Positions 39,123 through 45,685 of a stretch of 45,685 bases of DNA are shown one piece after another. Location: the NCBI GenBank assembly GCA_050239825.1, contig JBFXGO010000018.1, positions 1-45,685 of the forward strand, given 5' to 3'. The stretch's first letter is position 1. Each line of letters opens with the position of its first letter. Made by a program: the position numbers and the translations under genes. This DNA comes from a bacterium. Its GTDB lineage: Bacteria > Hydrothermota > 32-111. The notes under the pieces are model-generated. The model was not told the DNA's origin. It saw only the letters and a program-made list of their open reading frames with translations, and did not search any database.

Positions 39123-39867
39123 GAATCAGGGATGTCACCTGTGAAAGAGAAAAGATTTTGAAAATCATCGCCTCTTTCGAGTAAAATCTCAGATAATCCA
39201 AAAGGAACCTTTCTGTGCCGTATAAAACAAAGAAAGAGTAAAAAATCTCTCCCTTGAATTTTCTTCTGTTATACATATAAATCAACAATACGAAGATAAT
39301 AAGACATGAGAATGATTCAATAAGCTGGGTGGGAATTACAGGCAGTGAAGAAGGCGCATTGTGCGGGATAGCGCCTGAGCTCATCTGTTCAAAGTATGCA
39401 GGTGAGTCCTTTGGAAATGAAACTCCGCATGAATAAGAGACCTTTCCGTAGCAACATCCGTTTAGAAAACATCCGATTCTGCCTATAAATATTCCCAAAG
39501 AGAAAGCAGGTATTGTAATGTCTCCCACCTGCTCTATGTCAAGATGGTTCCTCTTCAGATAGACAAGCCCTGCAAGAAAACCACCGATGAATCCTCCATA
39601 GAATACCATTCCGCCTTCCCATACTTTCAGTATGGCAAGAATGTCATTTTTGTAAACATAAAAATTTTCGGCGACGAACCAAATCCGAGCTCCTGCAATT
39701 CCTCCGATAATTATCCATATCGCCATGTCATAGAGTCTGTCTTTGTCTATCTTTTCCTTCTTTGACATAATATTCAGCACAATAAGGCCTGCGGCAAAGG
39801 CCAGTGCCTGCATGAGTCCGTATGAAGTAAGGGTAAAGCCGTTTATGTGAAGAATTTCGCGGAACAT
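39061..39867 (-). CDS. lgt: Prolipoprotein diacylglyceryl transferase
   Basis: SYGL, GARIWFV, WEGGMVFYGG, GRIGCFLNGCCYG, PTQLIES, RFLLDYLR. Confidence 0.93.
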   Translation of the reverse strand: MFREILHINGFTLTSYGLMQALAFAAGLIVLNIMSKKEKIDKDRLYDMAIWIIIGGIAGARIWFVAENFYVYKNDILAILKVWEGGMVFYGGFIGGFLAGLVYLKRNHLDIEQVGDITIPAFSLGIFIGRIGCFLNGCCYGKVSYSCGVSFPKDSPAYFEQMSSGAIPHNAPSSLPVIPTQLIESFSCLIIFVLLIYMYNRRKFKGEIFYSFFVLYGTERFLLDYLRFYSKEAMIFKIFSLSQVTSLILIISGFLMLLSSYKRNKAKA

Positions 39868-41114
39868 TATTGCATTGTCCTTTCTATCTCTTTGATGCTC
39901 TTTAAAATATCAAAGGAGAGATTTTTGTTTCCATTTTTTGTGACAAGGATATCGTCTTCTATCCTTAATCCCAAAGATTCCTCTTTGATGTAAATCCCCG
40001 GCTCTATGGTTAAAACCATATTCTCTCTCAACTCAGGGAAGAGTCGCGGATATTCGCTGACATCATGAGTATCAAGACCAAGCATGTGACCTATTGAATG
40101 GGCATAGTATTTTTTAACATCGCTCACATCTTTAATGTATTTCAATTTTATCAGAGCCTTGGCTATCAAAGATGTTGCCTTGTCGTTTATCTCCTTGAAT
40201 GAAACACCGGGTTTTACCATATCAATGACTGTCTGCTGAATATCAAGCAGAATTGAATAGATTTCCGATTGTCTCTTCGTGAATTTTCCAGATGCGGGGA
40301 AGACCCTCGTTATATCGGCGGAATAATTCATATACTCTGCTCCCACATCTGTAAGAACAAGAGAATCCTTTTCTATTATGCAGTTGTTATCGGAGTAATG
40401 AAGTGTAGCCGCATTTACTCCGGCGGCTATTATGGATGGAAAAGCCGGAACTTTGACGCCGTTTTTGAGGAATATATACTCAAGGTCTGCCTGAACTTCA
40501 TACTCATACATGCCGGGCTTAACTTTTTTCATTGCATTGACAATTCCGTCTCTTGTAATCTCAATTGCGCGCCTTATTGCTTTTATTTCATGCTCATCTT
40601 TTATTATCCTTACAGGGTAAATTACTTTCGTTGCCGGTTGAACAGCTGTTATTTGAGGAAAGTGCTCCCTTATTCTCGTTAAACGATAGTGCTGATAGTC
40701 AAGGAAACTGGAAACCTGTCTGTTTGTGAAGTCAAAGTAGAGAAGCATCTTATCATTCACATGAAGAGCCATGTGCTGGTACAGCTCTTTTATAGAATGC
40801 ACCTCATCAATTCCTGTCTCTTTCTTGACCTCATCAAATGATTTTCTCTTCCCTAGCCATAATTCAAGGAATGGATTATTCTCCTCGACAAAAAGCATCT
40901 CCTTTGTTTCGTTCTGTGTTTTCACCATAAGAAGTGCTGAATTTTCTGAGGAGAATCCTGTCAGGTAGTAGAATGACGAGTCCTGTCTGTAAATATAGTG
41001 GTTGTCTGTATTCTTCTCCTTTGGAGTGGCGCTTTCGAGAAAAAAAAGCGAATTTGGTTCCATCGACTTAAAAACCTTTTTCCTTCTCTCCTTAAAAAAT
41101 GAAATAGGAAACAT
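39867..41114 (-). CDS. pepP: Xaa-Pro aminopeptidase (M24B)
   Basis: YRQDSSFYYLTG, TLHY, DVGAE..YSADITR, HSIGHMLGLDTHD, TIEPG, RIEDD. Confidence 0.93.
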   Translation of the reverse strand: MFPISFFKERRKKVFKSMEPNSLFFLESATPKEKNTDNHYIYRQDSSFYYLTGFSSENSALLMVKTQNETKEMLFVEENNPFLELWLGKRKSFDEVKKETGIDEVHSIKELYQHMALHVNDKMLLYFDFTNRQVSSFLDYQHYRLTRIREHFPQITAVQPATKVIYPVRIIKDEHEIKAIRRAIEITRDGIVNAMKKVKPGMYEYEVQADLEYIFLKNGVKVPAFPSIIAAGVNAATLHYSDNNCIIEKDSLVLTDVGAEYMNYSADITRVFPASGKFTKRQSEIYSILLDIQQTVIDMVKPGVSFKEINDKATSLIAKALIKLKYIKDVSDVKKYYAHSIGHMLGLDTHDVSEYPRLFPELRENMVLTIEPGIYIKEESLGLRIEDDILVTKNGNKNLSFDILKSIKEIERTMQ

Positions 41115-41123
41115 TTTGACTCC

Positions 41124-41900
41124 TTATTTGATTTTCAAGACCTTTAATTTTAAATTTTCTAAAATATTATACACCTCTTTGAATTTAAATGCAACATCGC
41201 CTATATTGTGCGAGTCAGAGCCTGTGGCAATGCTTCTTCCTCCGAGCTCTCTGTAAAGTTCAAGTATCTCGAGAGAGGGAAACTGCTCACTGCATTTATG
41301 CCTTAAACCGCTTGTGTTGACTTCAATGACCTTTCCGCTCTCGATGATTCTTGATAGTATCTCCTTATAATCACTTCTGTGTTTTTCGAATGTTTTGATA
41401 TGGTCTGAGAATTTTGAATATTTCTTATAGTAGTCGATATGACCCAGAATATCAAATTCCTTGAAGTGTGTTATCTCCTTCAGAGCTGTAAAGTATGGAG
41501 AATAATCAACATCTTCGCTTCTTTTGGCATTCCTTTCCTTAATTATGATCCAGTCAGATATAACTATGCCTTCAACAAAATGGGCTGACATGATTCTAAA
41601 AGAGAATGGAAATTTCCTGAAAACATTTCTTATCTTCTCTTCATAAGATTTTTCAAGAGATGCCTCTATTCCCAGAAGAAGGGTAATATCCGATGAGTAT
41701 TTCAGAGAGAGTTTCTCAAACTCTCTCAACTGTCTGCATCCGTTATAGTATTCATTTCCCGGATCATCTTCATTGAAATCAAGATGGTCTGAAAACCCAA
41801 AAAAGCTGATTTTCTTTTCAACTGCTTCTTTAACAGCATCCTCCATAGTTCTTTTTGCATCATAGGAGAATTTTGTATGATTATGCAAATCAATAAACAT
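41124..41900 (-). CDS. PHP-family (HisJ/HisK-like) histidinol-phosphatase
   Basis: DLHNHT, SDH, GHID, EVNTSG, GSDSH; start ATG 41900 (track extension to 42023 crosses the promoter). Confidence 0.88.
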   Translation of the reverse strand: MFIDLHNHTKFSYDAKRTMEDAVKEAVEKKISFFGFSDHLDFNEDDPGNEYYNGCRQLREFEKLSLKYSSDITLLLGIEASLEKSYEEKIRNVFRKFPFSFRIMSAHFVEGIVISDWIIIKERNAKRSEDVDYSPYFTALKEITHFKEFDILGHIDYYKKYSKFSDHIKTFEKHRSDYKEILSRIIESGKVIEVNTSGLRHKCSEQFPSLEILELYRELGGRSIATGSDSHNIGDVAFKFKEVYNILENLKLKVLKIK

Positions 41901-41907
41901 AAAAGCA

Positions 41908-41935
41908 ATTATAATATAGACAAAGTATGAGTCAA
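41908..41935 (-). promoter_or_regulatory. Sigma70 promoter giving a probably leaderless PHP-pepP-lgt transcript
   Basis: Minus strand TTGACT-16 nt-TATAAT, then 7 nt, then ATG; no SD. Confidence 0.7.
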
Positions 41936-42043
41936 GAGGAAGGAATCGAAAGATAGTAAGCTGGTAAATTAGTGAGCTATCACTATGAAAAAAAATTAAT
42001 ATCTCTGGGTCAAAACTGAACAATAAAAATAATCACAATAGAC

Positions 42044-42072
42044 TTGACAAAGATTAAAATATCATTTAGCAT
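42044..42072 (+). promoter_or_regulatory. Putative sigma70 promoter, divergent from the PHP operon
   Basis: TTGACA-17 nt-TAGCAT. Confidence 0.55.
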
Positions 42073-42103
42073 TTTATTAACTACAACCTAAAGGAGGAAT
42101 AAT

Positions 42104-42154
42104 ATGGAAAGGAAACAGACCTTTCAAACCACGAAACAAATTGACAAAACATAA
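42104..42154 (+). other. 16-codon upstream ORF MERKQTFQTTKQIDKT
   Basis: Perfect AAGGAGG SD 6 nt before the ATG, just downstream of the promoter at 42044. Confidence 0.4.
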
Positions 42155-42267
42155 AATGCGCTGATAGAGCAGAGAGACGTCATTTTGTCAAATGAATAAA
42201 AAGACTATTGACTTTAGGAGATGGGATTTTATAACAAATAGATTGGGAAAAACAAAAAGGAGGAAAA

Positions 42268-45200
42268 ATGGAAACTAAAAACGTATTTGTTATAATGGTT
42301 TTGTTATTAACATTTTTGATGATTAATGCACTAACTACGGAGACAAAGGAAGAAATGATAGAATTATTCAATAGCACTTCAGTTTTGGATAATATAGAAA
42401 CAAATTTAAACTCACAAGAAGGAGATGATAGCAAACATATTTCTTGGGGAGTCTCAGACGCAATAAATGGATTGCTGAGGATGTACGAAGTAACGAGAGA
42501 AGATTATTATTTAGAAAAGAGCTGTGATTATATACAGAAAATAATTGAAGTGAGAGATAATGAAAGGAATGTTACAACATTTACAGACAGTTTGGGACAA
42601 AGACATACTCATGGATTATGGAGAGCAACTGACAATACAGAATATTATTACTATCATTCAAAAGATAGTGATTTCTCTTCAGTGCCTGCAGAATGGGAAT
42701 GGTTGACTTATTCTGAGTGGAAAGAATATTGGCCAAATATTGATGAGGAAATATTTGCATATCCATTTATGGTATGTAATGGAATGATAATTAAACCTGT
42801 AGCGGAGCTTTGTTTAATATTAAAGAATGAAGATAAATTTTCAGAGATGAATAGTGGGAGAAGCAAAATAAATGAGGATACTCTTAAGAAAGTTATAAAC
42901 GAAGTATTGGATTATTACGAAACTAGTTACGAGGATGGTCATTATTGCTGGGATACTAATAATATGTGGAATTTAAAAGTGTTTTCATCTGATACTTTTG
43001 ACACTCCGGATTTACAGAAAGTAATATATCCAATGAATCAGCAGTTCATACTTGGTCAAGTATTTGCATTGATGTTTGAAATAACCGGAGAAAATAAATA
43101 TAAATCCAGAGTTGAGGAAATGGGGAGATATTTTAAGAGTTTTTTATACACATCAGTAGAAAACGACTGTTATTTTTGGAATTACTATTGCGACAAATAT
43201 AATTCGGGAGATAGAGCTGAAGATATTTCTCATGCTGTATTGGATTTAGAAATGGCATATAAGATTTGGAGAACCGGGTCAATCGTGTTTACTGATTTAG
43301 ATTTTGAGAGGTTTAGTAGAACTTTTACTAATACAATGTTTACTGGAAGAGCAGACATGGATTTAGAGGACACTGTATATGATATATGGCCATTGGTGGA
43401 TGGAACAACATATAATGATATACTTTTAAACTCATCAAGATCTAGAGGTACCTCATGGTTATTTTTAACAAAATGGAGTCCGGAGTTGTTTGAAATAGGA
43501 TATAACATATGTTCTAAGAGTTCTTATAATGGGTTAGCATGCCTATTACGATATTATGATGATTACAGACCTGCGAAGATAATATTGAACAAAGAGAGCA
43601 TAGTTGTAAATGCTGATGATAGTATAGAGATAAGCGTTGACAGTATAGAGATGCTTGGCAATTTTACTTATGTGCTTTATCAGGAGGGAGGCGACACCTT
43701 TGCAAAGGGTTATTTTGACGAGATTAATCCATCTGAATCACCAATAAGAGTAAGCGGGATAAGGACAGAGAGCGATGAGGAAATAGTATTCAAATACTGG
43801 TCTGACAATGGCGGAATACTTGGCCCATCGAGAAAAGTTGTGATACCTGTTGTGGGAGAGACACTTTATGTGAGTCACAGAGATGAGATACCTGTATTAA
43901 AACTTGAAGACATAAGAGTAGAAGTAACAAAAGTGTTGATACCGGATCCGCAACCGGAAGGATTTGAATATCTGGGCATACCGGGCTGTACGATAGATGT
44001 TTATTACTACGACGGAAGAATAGAGAGGGGCATAACAAACAGTTTGGGGACAGTTATATGGTCTGACAGAAATATCAGCAGCACGACGCCGATGAAGGTT
44101 GTTGCATATAAGGACGGGTATTTTCCGGATACAAGCTACATAGAGCCCTTTATGTGGTCAACAATAAATGAAGCTACAGGAAAGAATAATGGAAATCACA
44201 TATTTAGGGATAATATAACGAAGAGCGTTTATATCACATATACTGATGGGGATAAAGTTATTTACGGAAAGAAGGATTCATTAAGCAGTGGGTTTGACTT
44301 GATTGTTGCAGGAGAAGGCAATGGTTCGGTGTTAGGTTACAACTCAGCAAGAAAAATAAAGTTATTGCTTTGGAAGAATAATGCCGATTATATGTCAGCA
44401 TGGTTTAATTCACCCATAGAAGAGACAGACACATTACAATTTCCTGCACTTAGTGTATATGAACCGTCATTGATGTTTAATTCATTGAAAAGATACATGA
44501 GCGGAGCAGGGATTGTATATAGGTATCTTGGCGATGAAGCAGGGGATTTGATATATGATTCATTCTTTATATATCCTGAGGACCCGACAGTTCTGATACC
44601 TTATACAGGCGAACAAGACCTTTATGGTAATTTAATTAAAGTTAAAAACAACCAGAGTGTTTCATTTTACAATCAGTATGTAAATGGAACAACTGCGCTC
44701 TCACCAATAATTACATATATCTCGACAAACAATGAATGCGCTATTAAATATTTTAATGCTAAATCTACTCCTCCTTGGCAACCATCTCTTATTTTAAGCA
44801 GTGCTAACAATACGGCTACCAACAGTACGATCTGGAGAGACGGAGATACAACAAGAGTGGTTTGGGAGAATATTGATTCCGAAGGCAATCAATCATTATT
44901 TCAGAAAAAGATAATAGGTGATTATGTATCTGAGAATGCCGAGTTAATTGAGGATAATGCTTATGATGTAAAGGCAAGAGACCACATGATTTATACTTAT
45001 GTTAAGGACAACTCCGTATGCTTAAAACAGTTTGTCAATGCAGTAAATATAGAAAGAACAATAGCAGAAGGAGAGGACAGCGTCTTCGCACCTGATTTTG
45101 ACATTACTTACTCTCCGAGAGTTGCTAAGACAAGAATATACAGCATCTGGACTGAAAAGAAAGGAGATGGATACAGAGTCAATTACTTTGAAGACAGCAT

Positions 45201-45685
45201 AGGAACTCTTTCGAATATTACTTTATATGCAAGCGAACTGACAACAACGGAGATAACGAATACAGAATCAAGTATTTATGATTATGTTTCAGGCAAGTTT
45301 CCTGTGGAGAAGATGAAATATGATATAGCAGGGTTAAAGCAGGATCACTATTATGAAGTATCCGTAATAACAAGCGATAAAAATCCTTACATTCCTCAGA
45401 TAGTCAAGATAGATGGAGAAGTAATAGGAGTTGTGTATGGAGGAAAAGGCGAGGATACAACAAAGGTAATACTGCCGCTTCAATACTATGAGGACGGATA
45501 CTTAAGCATAGAGATCGAAAGGAAGGTTGGAAAGGATGCAAGAGTAGCCAGAGTTGAGTGCTATGAGTATGATGAGATTGACTCGGAAACCTTGACACAG
45601 CTTGGTAAAGGGAATAGAATAAAACTAAACGAAGAGACAGAGAAGGAATCAGTAAGCAACATTGTGAAGAACGGACTTATAGCTT
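42268..45685 (+). CDS. Large secreted multi-domain hypothetical protein (partial, >1139 aa); helical six-hairpin-glycosidase-like N-terminus, beta-rich remainder
   Basis: AAGGAGG SD, ATG 42268, signal peptide METKNVFVIMVLLLTFLMINA; hand-read frame has no stop to the window end, which explains its absence from the track; fold call is tentative. Confidence 0.85.
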   Translation, partial: METKNVFVIMVLLLTFLMINALTTETKEEMIELFNSTSVLDNIETNLNSQEGDDSKHISWGVSDAINGLLRMYEVTREDYYLEKSCDYIQKIIEVRDNERNVTTFTDSLGQRHTHGLWRATDNTEYYYYHSKDSDFSSVPAEWEWLTYSEWKEYWPNIDEEIFAYPFMVCNGMIIKPVAELCLILKNEDKFSEMNSGRSKINEDTLKKVINEVLDYYETSYEDGHYCWDTNNMWNLKVFSSDTFDTPDLQKVIYPMNQQFILGQVFALMFEITGENKYKSRVEEMGRYFKSFLYTSVENDCYFWNYYCDKYNSGDRAEDISHAVLDLEMAYKIWRTGSIVFTDLDFERFSRTFTNTMFTGRADMDLEDTVYDIWPLVDGTTYNDILLNSSRSRGTSWLFLTKWSPELFEIGYNICSKSSYNGLACLLRYYDDYRPAKIILNKESIVVNADDSIEISVDSIEMLGNFTYVLYQEGGDTFAKGYFDEINPSESPIRVSGIRTESDEEIVFKYWSDNGGILGPSRKVVIPVVGETLYVSHRDEIPVLKLEDIRVEVTKVLIPDPQPEGFEYLGIPGCTIDVYYYDGRIERGITNSLGTVIWSDRNISSTTPMKVVAYKDGYFPDTSYIEPFMWSTINEATGKNNGNHIFRDNITKSVYITYTDGDKVIYGKKDSLSSGFDLIVAGEGNGSVLGYNSARKIKLLLWKNNADYMSAWFNSPIEETDTLQFPALSVYEPSLMFNSLKRYMSGAGIVYRYLGDEAGDLIYDSFFIYPEDPTVLIPYTGEQDLYGNLIKVKNNQSVSFYNQYVNGTTALSPIITYISTNNECAIKYFNAKSTPPWQPSLILSSANNTATNSTIWRDGDTTRVVWENIDSEGNQSLFQKKIIGDYVSENAELIEDNAYDVKARDHMIYTYVKDNSVCLKQFVNAVNIERTIAEGEDSVFAPDFDITYSPRVAKTRIYSIWTEKKGDGYRVNYFEDSIGTLSNITLYASELTTTEITNTESSIYDYVSGKFPVEKMKYDIAGLKQDHYYEVSVITSDKNPYIPQIVKIDGEVIGVVYGGKGEDTTKVILPLQYYEDGYLSIEIERKVGKDARVARVECYEYDEIDSETLTQLGKGNRIKLNEETEKESVSNIVKNGLIA

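Noticed and set aside
43618..43653. Short duplication encoding DSIEI-SV-DSIEM
   Set aside because: Only two copies, in frame; at most extra glycosylation sequons

Overview
Bacterial chromosomal window, almost entirely + strand until about 39 kb. It holds: (i) the core tuf(3' end)-rpmG-tRNA-Trp-secE-nusG-rplKAJL-rpoBC-rpsLG-fusA cluster, in which EF-G sits behind an intrinsic terminator, has degenerate domain IV tip loops and is not followed by tuf; (ii) a 12-kb signalling operon encoding a soluble chemoreceptor (two tandem, reciprocally degenerate MCP hairpins fused to a C-terminal family-5 solute-binding domain), CheW-CheY-CheA-CheC (Dif-like order, no CheR/CheB/CheD), a 905-aa TPR protein, a DUF4388 protein and three Roadblock/MglB-type proteins with no mglA; (iii) TPR lipoprotein-rplM-rpsI-(S2 leader)-rpsB-tsf-pyrH-frr-uppS-cdsA-dxr-rseP and a secreted S8 protease; (iv) a 1.3-kb non-coding mosaic of nested hairpin modules and heptamer repeats abutting an MFS pseudogene; (v) a minus-strand PHP phosphatase-pepP-lgt operon with an apparently leaderless first gene; (vi) a >1139-aa secreted mosaic protein running off the window end, missing from the ORF track. 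The organism looks like a diderm, FCB-related candidate phylum (WOR-3/TA06-like; inference only). The best candidates for undescribed biology are the chemosensory-to-Mgl polarity operon with its odd receptor, and the hairpin array. All family assignments come from motif recognition by eye; no searches were run.
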